A DNA stretch of 64,000 nt from Ginglymostoma cirratum (taxonomy: Eukaryota): the NCBI GenBank assembly GCA_024137785.1, contig JAHRHZ010000018.1, positions 35,380,166-35,444,165 of the forward strand, given 5' to 3'. Of the stretch, positions 12,960 through 26,699 are shown in pieces. The notes beneath the pieces were generated by a model, which had not been told where the DNA came from, ran no database searches, and saw only the letters and a list, made by a program, of their open reading frames with translations. Positions within the stretch are counted from its first letter, which is position 1; each line of letters starts with the position of its first letter. Position numbers and translations under genes: made by a program.

Positions 12960-13265
12960 AGGCTTTGAGTCAGAGACAAGAGCTTTAGGAAGAGACAAAA
13001 GAAAATTAGGCTTTTCGACATGAAGAAATCTAAAGGTCAGTCTTATAAGATTGTTAAAAGGTTTGAAAAAGTTAAATTGATCATTATTTTAAATGAAAAT
13101 GGAACTGAAACCACAAGTTTAAGGTAAAATTTTTTGCATTTAGAACAGGTAACTGGAACTGTTTCTTCATGCAAACAGTGATTACTCTGTAGAATAAGCT
13201 TTCAGATGAAGTAAATGACGTTAGCGAAAAGAAGAAAAGCCCAACCTCAATGCTATCTCTATTGG
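12960..13265 (+). mobile_element. Old CR1 3' fragment
   Basis: Degenerate LGLF..., YKIVKRFEKV and FFMQTVITL*N motifs. Confidence 0.55.
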
Positions 13266-16200
13266 ATTTATGCACCTGGCAGTAGCGCAGACCGACCCTC
13301 AGAAAAAGGCCTCCAGAGCCGATTCCCTCCTCCCACCAATGGCAAGAATTACCCTCACTGAAGCCTATGCAGCACTATTGAAAACTTCCTCATTAATTTT
13401 CTTTCTCCCATGTCATGTTATAGTTGTCTACATTCTGCACATCAGTACACCGTAAATCGCAGTAAAAGGGCTGAGTTTGCATTAGCAGACTGCAAATATG
13501 ATCCCTACAAGGCTGTGTAAATGGGGTATAAATTTAAACACCAAAAAGCACAAATTGTCTTTTACAAGAAGGTGTTAATGTGAAAAAAGATTAGAATTCT
13601 AATACGCACTGCTGCCTTTATGTGAAATTAGGCAATGGATTGACAATATGCAGCGTGCTTGTCAGTGAAAACATAAATAATTGGGAAAGTTTTATGCCTC
13701 AATCAGAATTACGATTTAAGTGTTATGCTTGGATCAGGAATTCTAAATAATGAGAATGAACTGGAAGTGATTTGGTATGCTGGAATTCTATGCTTGGATC
13801 AAGTATGCACTGAACTGGAATTGACTGTACTTAAAAGCAGCATTTCTCTTTTTATTACTGTTATTTTGTATAATTTCTCCTGTAACAAGTGTCTAGCTGC
13901 CTGGTTGATTTCTGAGTGCCAGCCCTGTTTGTTTCCTAGCTGATCAACATCATCTTTTGAATAGGATAAAATGATTTTATCCTGATTTATTTAAGAAGTG
14001 TTTTAAATACTTCATTTCAATATCTTTTAATAAAGCAATATATGTTACATTGCAATCTATTTTTGTTTCCAGTAGAGTCAAGTGTTTAAGAAATTTGTTA
14101 CGCAGGTGTCTTGGCTTTGATGATTTTGCCCTACTTAAAACCCACATTAAATTCTATACGTTGTAATGTGACTATTTACCCATCTCTCTTCAAATCCTTT
14201 TGCATGTGTTTTCATATTTGCTGCAGTCTGTCCAATCAGTTTAGCCTTTCTGTCCTGTAATTTATTGTTCAAATTGATTTCTACATTTCCAAAAATTGCG
14301 TGTGGTATCATTTTTATGTATACTTACTGAAATGTACAACATTTTAATTCAGCAGTTTAAACAGGGAAGATTGCCTGCATGCAATAGAGAGATGAAAATT
14401 CAAATTAAGTTGAGTTCAGTCATATACTGGAAACATGAGAAGAATTGGGATAATCTGCATTACATATTGATGGCTATCAGCACAAAGAATGTAACCATGT
14501 TTTATGCTACAGCTCTTTTGTAGGTTTGGCAGCAATGGCACACAATAAAGGCATTATTGTATTAATTTATGCCTTTAAATCAATTATGCATTCAGATTCA
14601 CTGGATAGCTTGTCACTTTTTATCCATTATTTTCTGAAAAATAAGCCTATTACCGTAACTGTGCAAATGGTGGGACTGTCAAATACGGAGATTTAAGGAA
14701 TATTACTTTAAAAGGGGTGGTTTTCAGGATGTCATTGCTGTCTTAATTTTAGCGTATGTGACAGATATCAGAGATAGATGTCAGATTAAGGACTTTCTCA
14801 GAAAAGGGGATGAAGCATTTTCAATGCACACCTCTTTGTTCCAACAACCTAATCATAAGAATGAGTATGTAAATATGCTATTTGTAGCCCGGAAATGTTC
14901 GACTTCTGAAAACTAGCTTCAGAGAATACTAAATTGGTTGAACCTACTCACACCTAAATCAAACACCAGTTTTGATCATTCTCTTTTAACATGCAACATT
15001 GTGTTCCCACATTAAACACTCTGGGTTCCAAACAAGGCAATTAATTTAGGGATTGAGTGGTTTGGAATGGCTCCACAGACCAGCTCATACACTGACTGGC
15101 AGATCCATTAAAATGCCTACTTTAGAACAGCTGTTTGTACTCCCATGTTTACAATCATAAAGAAAGGTTACTGCCACCATATATTACAAAGTACCAAAAT
15201 ACAATGACATCCTAAATCCTCACTCCAAATAACATTTGCGTGTCATTTGATAAACATATCTTAATTTTTGATTGATGATTATTTAATGATGATCAAATTA
15301 CATGACTTCCCCACTTTTTCTTTTGCTTCTCGATAATAATGAGACTGCTCAAAAAAGTTGAATGATGTAGTACAGATAAGAATGGGCAATTGAATAGCTT
15401 AAAAGCAAATATTAATGGCAAACATCACAATAATTTCCTAAACATAGTTGTACAGAGGATAAAATGCAAAATATTAAGTAAGATCACAGCTAATAATATT
15501 ACCAACAGGATATACAGTCAGTTGCTGTTAACTGAATAACTGGCTTCTTACAAAATTGAACTCTGTTTAGCATGAATTCACAGCGAATTATTTTGTAAAC
15601 TATTTGGTGCAGAATTTATGACAATAGCACAATGAAAGAGCTTTCAAAAGGCAAAGTACTGTGTGCTGTTATTAACTTTCTTTTGAAATCCATTTAAATT
15701 GATTTTCCTCCTGAATTTTAACACTTGCACTACCATACATTGTCAACTGTCAAGTGCTTTGTGGAGAAATCTGCTTCAGGACCTCTCCCAATCTTAAGGT
15801 GGTAATTCTGAGATGCATGGGAGTAATGATGGGTGACTCTTTTATTTCTCCTTCATTTCCTTTGTGGAAGTAGCTAATCCTCCCTGCTGACAGGATTGGA
15901 AAGTAAAACTTGCTATGTGAAAAATTGCAGATATGAACCAACATCCAATCACCTTGTAGTTCACCAACAATTCATTACCGCAACGATTCATTGTAAGATC
16001 CATAACTTATTTTCATTTGATAGATTGTTGAAATGACACAAATGATTTCTGCAAGGTGTTTGCATACATGCTGGATTGAATTCTGGCAGGAGAAAAAAAT
16101 GTTTTATTTAACAGGAGTCACTGAGATGATGGGAGCAGCCAAAAAGTGGTTTGATGTTTCTGATTTTTTGTTAGCAATTAAGAAATAGTAATTTGTCAAT

Positions 16201-17559
16201 AATTTGTTTAAATGGACTGTGGTGCATGCATTCATAAATTTACAATAGCCATTAGTTCTTATTTCAACAGACGCTCGTATTTTATTTTGCAAAATGTGCT
16301 AACGTTAAAACAATGAATACTAGATTACATTTCTTTTTGAATGTCAGACTAATCTTCTGGCCTGGTACTCAACATAGCTTTGCTAAATTATAAAGTATTG
16401 GAGAAATGTACCCTTCTCCTCATAATAGCCACAAGAAAAGGGACAATTAACCTTCAACGCTACTCCCAAGTCTACCATTACCATGTCTGGGAAAGTAGGC
16501 AACAAGGATAGTCTGACTTGAAACATCTTTCATGGTTCGACTGAGGAACATGACATGTCTCTAATTACTGGGCATGAGGAATGTAGACCTATTCCTCAAT
16601 ATTTTACCAAGAGGAATGTAAATACATCCCACCCTCATTGGGCTATGAGGGAAAATAGACACATTCTCACCATTGGACTATTAGGAAACAAGAAACATTC
16701 CAACAACTGAACCATCTGGGAATAAAGATAAAACCCCTCCCATATTACCCACCACCAATAGACCATGGAGAATGTCAACATATCCTCCACGCCTTTTCTG
16801 AAACAAAAAATGCAATGCCTTTTCATTAGATTATCAAGAAACACAATCACCAAGAAAAAGCTGCCAACTAAAATTGTTCAGAAATTCACCCTTTTTCACC
16901 CACTAATAAGAAGACGCAAATATGGGACTTTCAAAGTTATATGCTGGAACATAAAACCACCAAATCATTTATTTAGCCATGCACCTTGTCAATGGTACTT
17001 AAAGGGATACTGCTAAAGACTGCTCTGAATTTCACCCAGTTTGAAAATGTCAGAAGGACTTTGGTGGGGAAAGGCAAAATAACACTGGATCTCAAAGGAA
17101 ACAGGCCTATCATTTAGGTCTCCTCACATAACAATGTCTATCATAGCAATGCAACTTTTACGTGATTACTGTCATGCAATAGATTACACCTTGTTTCAGA
17201 CTAGCTAGTTGTTTTCCTCTTTCTCACTTGACCAAGCCAGCCCTGGAGATCATATCCTAAGAGGAACTTGGTGGTGGTAAGTCCACATTATGGTGACAAG
17301 AGTCCTGTTAGCTCATACAAAATGATATCAGCAACGGTTGTCTGAGGACTTACTTCATTCATTTGAAGAACAATTTTAAGAAAACCACTCAAATCCAAAT
17401 CACTGTTCAATCCACGCATAATACAAAACAGAACAAAAAGTGGAATGGAAGAAATTCTATATGTTATATAACTGATGTGGAGTTAAACTGTACAAAATAA
17501 TGTCCAAGGAAACTGCAGTGCTGACTGTGTTGATCACATTTAAATTCATAAAAGCTAGA

Positions 17560-20275
17560 AAGCTAAAACTAATCCACAGATGCATAGCTTAGTCATGGCA
17601 AGCATATCACGCGCTCCCCATATCGAAGTCTTGGATGGCCCCACTACAGCACATTTCCATGTAGATCAAGTCTGGCACTTTGTACCACAACTTTCCCAGC
17701 AGACAATATCAATTGATCCTCAGGATCTCCGCTCCAGACGACTGAAAGATGCATCAAGGCCATGTGATAGATGATGGGGTTCCATGCAAGCCACAGTATT
17801 GTGCCAAATAAGAACAAGAGGACATTCTTCAAACAGAATAGCATCTTCAGCAACCTATCGTGCAGCAGCATTGGTCAAAACAACACAGCCAGGACTTCCC
17901 TGTGAATGTTATTCAATGGAGTGGAATTGTGTAAAGTCATCTTTCATTGGCTGTAAATATTTTGATGCTGCTGAGGCCAGCATCCTCTGATAATCCTTAC
18001 AGCAAGTATGACTTAACTCTTTAATCTTTCTATGGGGCTCAAGCTGTTTAATGAAAGTTAAGGTTACAAATGGATAGAAGCTTCACAACATCTAATGCTC
18101 CCTCATTCAATTATAACAAAGTTTCATGCAAGTATATGCACTAGAGAAAGGATATCTATAACTCAGACAGGACTAAAACATCATGTCATGCCAAGGATGG
18201 CTAGTCTCTCTACCTTCATCTTGTAGTTGCAGCTAAAATCACATTCACTCACAGAACCAATGATGAAAAATGAACATATATTTAGAAACATGATAACATA
18301 TCTACAATGCAATGTCATCCATTCCATCCATGTGCCCTCAGAAGATCTTCTTCTTTTCCTTCCCATTATGTCTACAAGTAGTTTTGCTAGGACGAAGGGA
18401 ACTTGCCCTATTCCTTGGAGCCTGGTTTAAAATGGAGCCTGTTAGCCTTGATGTTTTGGTTGGGCTACCCTTGGGTTGCTTGTGGCTAGTGGGCTCAGAT
18501 ATTCTGCGTATGCCCTGTCCTTGTGCACAGTCATCCTCCTGGGTTTGAACTCCTTGTGTTGAGGGTGGCAAGCTGGGTAGAAATGGAAAGCTTGGGCACC
18601 TCTGGAACATCCTGAGGGGCAAGGTTGGGGGGAGAGGTCAGGGGCCTGAATGTGGTACCTCCTGTGGCTGGATTTCTACTGGTAGCATACTGTCCCCTTG
18701 TACAGAATGGCACATGAACTATGGTCACGTTTCCTCATTCCCTTGTCACCTGGCAGTTGGTGTTGAGCACCAGATCTGTTGCATATCTGACAGGTGTTCT
18801 GTGCTGGACTTGACTCTCCATCACAACTACCAACCTGCCCACAAAGGCCACCAAATGTTCACTTGCCAGAGGCACCATAGAATTGAAAGCATTAGTGGAC
18901 ACCTCCAACTCAGTTTGGTCAGTGTCTCTGATAAAGCTGCCTGTTGCTCCTGTGTCCGTCTGCACATTTGGATGAAATTATGAATGGTCAAAACCCTGCC
19001 TGGGACTGAGCAGATGCCTGGTCTCTGCCAGTTCTCTGAATGTCAGTGTTTCTTCCTCAAGAGGCTGTGGACATGTGGCAGTGATATGCTCACCAGAATG
19101 TACTCCTGACTCTACTCTAGCTAACACGTTCACCAAGGTCTTAGTTTCTCAGCTGGTAGATGGTGCAGGAGACAGCCTTGTGGGTGCTTCTTCTGATGCA
19201 TCTGTAGTTTTTCCCTCCAATGTGGAGAAGGAGATAATGTCCAGAGGTATTGATGTCTTCAGGGTGGAGACTGTACAGATATCACTGGCAGGAGAAAAGA
19301 GAGAGAATGAGTTGCAAGTAGGGGTAGAAGTTTTGGCCTGTTAAGGATACATTCACGGTAGGAGTAATGGGAGTGCAGCACAGTAATTGACAATGAATTT
19401 TAATTGAGTAGCAGCATATGGGTGTCTCAGCATCAGCACGTGAGGAATCGTGGTCATGGATCCTGTTAAGACAAGGAGAAGGATGTCACGCATCACCTAT
19501 CTTTGCTATTCTCCATGCTATTATGGGATCTTTTATCTTGAAAGCAATAAAGTGAGAGATTGGGTGAGGCTGATGTAGCTTTTAATGAGGAAATGGTAGT
19601 GAGGTAGCCCCAGTAAATAAGTAGGAAATTCAGAGGACATGTAGAGCTAAGTAATGTGCGGGTTTTGCTGGCTGAGAGTGAGTGAGGGAAAATATTGCAT
19701 TCAGCATTGAATGATTCAGACCTAGAGCCTGGTAGGAGGTGGTTGCTGAAGCAGAGTAAGCGGCAACAGACAGAAGATTGTGGCATGGTCCTTTGTGGAG
19801 CACAGAAGATGATTAATGTTCTTCCTGAACTACTAAGCATTCCTCCAGACAGTGGACACCAAATTGACCTGGATAACTACTCTGGACTGGACTCGCCTTG
19901 TTCACCAGGATCTCCAGGTGAGTGTTGGTGAAGTGGGGAGCCAACTTAGCTCTGTCATCAGCCATCTCTTGAGCAATTCTTCACTCACAGGTGCTGAGAA
20001 GGGTCATTCCTAACAGATGGATCTTCATCTGCTGCACAACTGCAGTTTAAATGTGGCATCAGTAGCAGGAACCCCTGGAGGTCCGAACAACAACAAGTTC
20101 ATTCACTGTTGATGTGCACACATTGGTGTGAATGGGACACCATTGAGGTGTGCTGCATACATAACGAGGCAAGCTACAGAAAATCATGAGAGAAAACTCA
20201 CTAGAGATCACAAAGGGAAACCTTCCCTAAAACTCCCCAAAATTGACATTTGGCTAATTTTTGCTAAAATCCGGC
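17560..20275. mobile_element. Degenerate PIF/Harbinger DNA transposon (Myb/SANT gene on minus strand)
   Basis: Minus strand 19790-19845 reads RNA**FRKNINHLLCSTK; after an intron-like gap, 19500-19540 reads DKRSHNSMENSKDR (Harbinger Myb/SANT pattern RNAQQCRKKxNDL / EKxAHNxRE). Right end taacgaggcaag...aaaccttcc...aaaatccggcct is shared with 35520-35635. Left boundary uncertain. Confidence 0.6.
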
Positions 20276-20659
20276 CTCATTATATGTACGTTGATATTGC
20301 AGTAATTCCAACCACTTCTGAAATATCGATTTTCCCTGATGGTCATCATTTTGTGTGGAGACTAAATTTTAATGAAAGTGCACATAATTTCAACAAAAAA
20401 AGAGCAGGAAGGACAAAATCATTGATTTACCTGAGCACGCTAATAGTCACATAATTTGCTCAAAATCATATTAATTTTTATTGCAAAACTAGCTCTGATT
20501 AAAATGTCTTCATCTTATGCTAAATCTCATATGTTTTATATTTGTTTATTGAGTTACTTTAAGACCTCAAGAACAATATTGCAATTATCTACAAAAAGTC
20601 CTCAAGCATAATTAAGAATTTTGTTTGTTGCTATCTATGTAAAATCATGGAAACAAAAT

Positions 20660-21965
20660 TTTTTTATTTCATTTTGTGGGATGTGAGCGATGTGGGATGT
20701 GTGCCAGCATTTCTTGCCCATCCTTAGTTGCCCTTGAAAAGGTGGTGGTGAGCTACCTTCTTGAACCACTGCAAACCACCTGCTGTGGGTTGGCCCATAA
20801 TGCCATTAGGGAGGGCATTCCAGCATTTTGACCCAGCAACAGTGAAGGAATGCCGATATATTTCCAAGTCAGGATGGTGAGTAGCTTGGAGGGGAACTTG
20901 AAGGTGGTGGTGGTGTTCCCATATGTCTGCTGCTCTTGTCCTTCTAGATGGAAGTGGTCGTGCATTTGGAAGGTGCTGTCTGAGATTTTTCGGTGTATTC
21001 CTGCAGTGCGTCTTGTAGATAGTACACACTGCTGCTACTAAGCATCGGTGGTGGAGGGAGTGGATGCTTGTGGATACAGTGCCAATCATGCAGGCTGTTT
21101 TGTCCTGGATGGTGTCAAGCTTCTTGTGTATTCTTGGGACTGCACTCATCCAGGTAAGTGGGGAGTAGTCCGTCACACTCCTGACTTGTGCCTTGTAGAC
21201 GGTAAACAGGCTTTTGGGTGTCAGGAAGTAAGTTACTGTCCGCAGTATTTCTAGCCTCTGACCTGCTCTTGTAGCCACTGTATTTATGTGGTGAGTCCAG
21301 GTGAGTTTTTGACCATTGATAACTCCCAGAATGTTGATAGTGGGGGAATTCAGTGATGGTAACACCACTGAATGTCAAACGGTGACGGTTAGATTGTCCC
21401 TTGTTGGTGATGATCATAGCCTGGCATTTGTGTGGGGCGAATGTTACTTGCCACTTGACAGCACAAGCCTGGATATTGTCCAGATCTTGTTGCATTTGGA
21501 CACAGGCTGCTTCAGTATCTGAGGAGTGGCGAATGGTGCTGAACATTGTGAAAACATTGGCGAACATCCCCACTTCTGACTTTAGAATGGGGGAGTAAGT
21601 CATTGATGAAGCAGCTGAAGATGGTTGGGCTAAGGACACTACCCTAAGGAACTCCAGCAGAGATGTCCTGGACCTGAGATGACTGATCTCTAACAATCAC
21701 GACCTTCTTCCTATGTGTCAGGTATGACTCCAACCTCTGGAGAGTTTGCCCCCGGTGCCTATTGATTCCCATTTTGCTCGGGCTCCTTGATGCCACACTC
21801 GATCAAAAGCAGCCTCGATGTCAAGGGTCGTCACTCTCACCTCACCTCTGGAATTCAGCTCTTTTGTCCATGTTTAAACCAAGGGCTGTAATGAGGTCAG
21901 CAGCTGAGTAACCCCGGCAGAAACCAAACTGGGCATCACTGAGCAGGTTATTGCTGATCAGGTCT
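20660..21965 (-). mobile_element. CR1/L2-group LINE, 5'-truncated, relatively young
   Basis: Minus reading QDISAGVP*GSVLSPTIFSCFINDL, GMFANVFTMF (degenerate FADD), MQQDLDNIQACAVKWQVTFAPHKCQAM, LTWTHHINTVATRAGQRL, YKAQVRSVTDYSPLTW. Has a stop and a frameshift; accounts for ORFs 21115-21696 and 20724-21368. Confidence 0.92.
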
Positions 21966-22034
21966 ACTGCTTCACAAATTTGAAATTTCACACATTTACT
22001 CCTCTCCAATGTCTACAATGACTAAGGTTTTGAT

Positions 22035-22290
22035 ATCAGCTGTGGTTCAGATAGTCACATTCTTACTTCTGAATTAGACGATCATGGATTTAAGTTACGC
22101 TCAAGGATTAAAGGCTGACACTCTAGTGAAGTACAAAAGGAGTTCTGCACTGTTGAAAACGTTGTCTTTTGATTGTGATTTTAAACTGAAGCTCTGCTGC
22201 CCGTCATGAGGGTCCTGTAGTACAGTTCTTTTGAAGAAAAGCAAGGAAGTTATCCCCAGTGTCCTGGTCAAATTTTATCCATCAGTCATG
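22035..22290 (+). mobile_element. tRNA-headed Deu-domain SINE (SacSINE1/AmnSINE1-like)
   Basis: tRNA-like head, then gctgacactctagtgaagtac..gagttctgcactgttg..gtcttt...ttaaactga...ttgaagaaaagcaaggaagttatccccagtgtcctggtcaaattttatcc, recognisable as the Deu core. Confidence 0.75.
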
Positions 22291-23574
22291 AAAGGTGCTG
22301 TCTTTCAACACTCACTCTATCATACTCTTGATACATAATTTCATTCTCCGTGTCTGTTTGAATGTAAAAAGGAGAAGAAAACATGGATTTTTTAAAAAAA
22401 TATATAGATACACTAAATTAAATATATTATAGCATGAACCATTTACAACCTTCATTCAAGATTCTTTATTGATATAAATAGAGGGGAATATTATGCAGAA
22501 ATCATTAATTTTGACTTCTTTTTCCACAATACCAGTCATTAAAAAAAACTTGCAAATGTAAAGAATACAAGAAAAAGATATCTGTTGCAACATTGTTACT
22601 GCCTTCCAAAGAGTGTTTAACTCAACCATCATTGAAATGAAAACCTTGAATTGACTCTGATATATACACAGAATAAAAAAATTCTTTACATAGGTAGATC
22701 GATGTGCAAGCTAATGTCCACAAAGTCTATAATTACTGTCAATCAGGAAAATATATTTTGCTCTTGACTTTTGACTTAATTAAAGGATACAGAAATGCAG
22801 CTGGCCAAGTATGTAGAGTTTTAAGCTGTTTGCTTCCAGCCCCTGGTCATAAGTTCAAGTCAAATCTGTCATCCCTATTTGTGATGAATGTTGTCAGTTC
22901 TTGGCTGCAGCTAGGGCAAAGAAAATAAAAACAAGAACTGGATCACTTCACAGTTGGTGTGTATCCCATTGGCTGAGCATGGACTGAATTAAAGTCACTG
23001 TAAAATATCCAGCTTTTATATCCATTCTCTCATAGAATAGAAGTTAACTGCAGAGAAGATGATAGACTTCTAACTTCACCAGTTATGGTACATCGTGTAG
23101 GGAGAACACAGAAGAGAGGATTTGGCAAAGAGATTTTGCTTACAGGCCCTGCCTGATCTTCTCTGCCACGAACTTCATAGGAGAGGCTGTCCTGAAGGTC
23201 CTGTCCAACTCTGCAGCCAGAAGTATATTTTTGTTTTGCACCCCAGCAATGCTTTATACTCAATGGGACAAGGTTAAAATTTACTCTGAAGCTCTCTAAA
23301 AATTAGTAAAGAGGCAACAAAAACCATTGTAACTGAAAATCAAAAGGTGTATTTTCTTCGTCCTGTTATATTCATGTAAATCATCTTAAAGCATTCTTGC
23401 ACTTAACAATATACTTAGCAGTGTCACAAGAAGGTCAATGACCTTCTCTGTTCTGCCAGTTAAGTGTCACACCCTTCAGTGATCCCTGCAGCCCTAAGAA
23501 CTACATCTAACTCCTTCTTGAAAGCATTCAATGTTTGGCCTCAACTATTTTCTGTGGCATAATTCTAAAAAACA

Positions 23575-23670
23575 ATCATACCAAACTCAAAACATTAACT
23601 CTGCTTTTTCTTTCCACAGATGCTTCCTGAACCTGTCAAGTTTCTCCAGTATTGCCTTTGTTTGTTTATT
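23575..23670 (+). mobile_element. Degenerate Penelope-terminus repeat
   Basis: aaaacattaactctgctttttctttccacagatgcttcctgaacctg matches the tail of the 33820 copy. Confidence 0.6.
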
Positions 23671-25224
23671 ATTTCTTATCACTAATTCTTCTCAGGAGGT
23701 AGTAGTGAGCCACATTCTTAAGCCACAGTATCTGGTATTGAAACAGCTACACCACTGTTGGGAAAACAGATTTTGACAGTGACAGTGAAGGAATGGTACC
23801 ATTGTTCCGAAAGAGGGCAGCTTTTTTTTAAAATTAATGGTCTTTGAAGCTAAGTGACACACATACACACAACAGTTTGATGTTGGTTATTAAATTTGAC
23901 CAAAATTGCTGATATTTTCATGTTTGTGAAAAGGCAAATTCATATCCCTTTATTTGGCATCTTTGGTAGATTTGCCGCATGCAATAAATGGTAAATGGAA
24001 GCTTTATGAAAACTGTAAATTTATTTTCTACAATGCTGATGCAGAAACTTGTCAACTCAATTAATTCTCGCTGACAATGCCACATAAAATTTATGGTATA
24101 AATAAATGATTCCACTTGTTGTACCACCTAATCAGTTCTCTCACTCAGTGTATTACAATGGCATTTTAACAAAGCATACACACCGTTTCCTTAAGGGAAA
24201 GAAAGAACTTTCATAAGGTTTTATCAGCTGTAGAACATTCTCTTGAATGAGGTGGAATTTGGATATTGAGAAATGACAGGACATTGCTTCAAGAAGTGAG
24301 TAAACTATGACAATTTTATACAGCAAACTAAATATCTATAGCATCCAGGACTGGTGTAAGGGTATCAATTCTAAGGAGGAGATGCATGGACCTCATTTTG
24401 ACATTGCCTCCATATTATGATAGTCATCACAATTGCTGAGGAACTTTTATTTTCCTTTATTCTTTAGTCTGCCAGAGTATAACAATCCCACTAATTAACA
24501 TAGCCAATTTGAGAAGAAGACTGTAACAGAATGGAGGGAAGAAAGGGTTTTCTTCAATACATTCCTTCTAGCATAATGGCCATTACGTGCATGTCTGCTT
24601 GTAGTTACTCAGACTCCTAGATTCCATAAACCTCTCAGAAAATAGATTTAAATTAAATCAAATTAGACAACCTCATTTCTTGACTGTGCATGAGTTACAA
24701 CAACAGTACAGAAGCTATACACAGCCAATACAATATAATAATACTATACATGACAGAAATAGTATCAGGATGAAGAAAGTCTGTTCCAACTCGAGTCAGC
24801 TCTTCTTTTAATAGTTTATGCTAATGGTGTTTTCAAAACTAACAACAAATATGGGTCTGAATTTTGTGGTTAGGATTGCTATAAAAGCAAGAAGCAACAC
24901 AATGTATTCTCGAGTGGTAAACATTTTATTTGCTAGAGTATTACAAAACAATTCACTTATTATGGATCTTGAAACATAGAGTACAATTATTCCAGTGATA
25001 CCAATACCCAAATGCTTTGTGAACGTAACTTCTATCTATTTTTACTTTATTGAGACATAACATTGTGAATTCAACCTTAAAGTGAATGAGAATTAAGCAT
25101 GTTATATAACAGGTGATCGATCCACAGCTAGACAATTTATCTCCCCCACAAAGTTAAATTTCACACCTGATCTATTTTGTGTTAAGAATATAAAGTCAGA
25201 TTTTCTGACCCTGGATAAGGGCAG

Positions 25225-25380
25225 AACAGGTGAGGTACTGATCCAAATATATCAGCAAGATCCCAGATTAAACCCCTGACCTGTACTGAGTTAACTGATC
25301 ACTGGTGTGGAGACTGGCTAGATGTTACAAGATCTACAGTCCTTGTGTGTTGTGGCCAGAGGAGGATTGGTCAGGATTCT
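25225..25380 (+). mobile_element. Ancient SINE fragment (LF-SINE/UCON-like)
   Basis: atcccagattaaacccctgacctgtactgagttaactgatc resembles the gtcccaggttcaatccctggtctgtgctgagttagctgatc core of ancient vertebrate SINEs; recognised from memory. Confidence 0.45.
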
Positions 25381-25384
25381 CACA

Positions 25385-25940
25385 AATACAGTGGATTTAA
25401 TGGAGGCGATGGGGGTCCTTCCCAAGAATCCTGTGTTACTTACTTTAGGGAAGGCCTGACAAATGGAGTGTCATTCAACTGGACAACAGCAGGCCCTACC
25501 CAGGATCAGTGACCCAGGGGCAAACTTCCTGATTACCAAGATGCAGACAATGAGTCTTGAAAAACATTGCAACTGGGGAGGCGGTGCTTGCTATCAGTTT
25601 GATACACTCCTGAAGCCTAGTTTCAGTGTTGGATCTTAGGCCACAGGTGAGTGATGGCAGGTCAGAGGTGGGGTGGCAAGAAATAAAGGGCATGTAGGGG
25701 GTGGGGGATCAGCAGCAAGGGCAGAGGGTTGGCTCAGGTTACCTTTAAATCAGAGACGAGAGACCCTGATCGCCTAACACCAGTGGTGGTAGAATGAGGG
25801 CTTTAAGTAAGCATAAATTGCCTTCCCATCAAGGCCTTGATTGGGTGGAACTAGGAGGGTCGCAGGATCCCCACCTGCATTCTCCAACCTTATTCAATGT
25901 CCCTGCCATCAAACAGGAAAGGGCATTAAACTGCACCCAA
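25385..25940. mobile_element. GC-rich non-autonomous DNA element (MITE-like, probably Harbinger-derived)
   Basis: Imperfect TIR (gtggatttaatg ... cattaaactgcac) and a subterminal ttaagt..taaattgcc..aaggccttgattggg motif also seen at 29620-29720 and 61950. Confidence 0.4.
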
Positions 25941-26540
25941 GATCACAGTAATAAAACACAATACATAGAAGAGAGTGGTTGAGTAAAAACCTACCAGCTA
26001 ATGTTTTGCCCATCAACATTTTACTGACTTCACTACCCAATGGCAGATCAGACACACAGTACCATGATTTCCATCATGGGTAAGCATGGATGCAGGTCTC
26101 AAGTACACCCGACCAGAACAGGAATTAAATGCCACACTCCTGGCACCAATATGATCCACACTAGACATCCATCTAACTGAGCCAACCAGCCCACCCAGAA
26201 GTCTGATATGCTCTGGCAACATTCTCTATGCTGGAGCTATGAATAGTGATGATGGAGGCTCCAATTTCTTTCCATTGCATGACTGACCAAGAATTTCTCC
26301 CATGATTACTGCCTACTATCAGCATACGCTGGAAGAATTTACAAGTTGATACTCAACCTGTTTGGTTACATAATTAATACATTGGCCTTGGTCACCAAAT
26401 CCTGGAATGTGGCTCAAATCCAGAATGTCCAGCTCAGAGGTAGGGATGCTAACAATTGCCTCACAGGACCTCTATACAAGACATTAGGTTTAAGATAGTT
26501 TCCCTTTCACAACCCAATTAAAGTAATATCTGTTACTTAC

Positions 26541-26667
26541 ATGCAACTATTCATCCTATTTACTGATTTGATGCAGGTTTCAGTACGCTGTCCACTCTCA
26601 TCAATCGCTGCTTCTCTCCCACTCCCTCCCCCGTGTCCCCCGTTTCTCTCTCTCTCTCTCACTCTCA

Positions 26668-26699
<32 letters not shown>

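Noticed and set aside
16430-17020. Possible GIY-YIG/Penelope remnant
   Set aside because: Only vague similarity (..NTITKKKLPTKIVQKF); no diagnostic motif.
20724-21696. Long ORFs (214 aa and 193 aa) as host genes
   Set aside because: They are frameshifted pieces of a LINE reverse transcriptase ORF with an in-frame stop in the GVPQGS motif.
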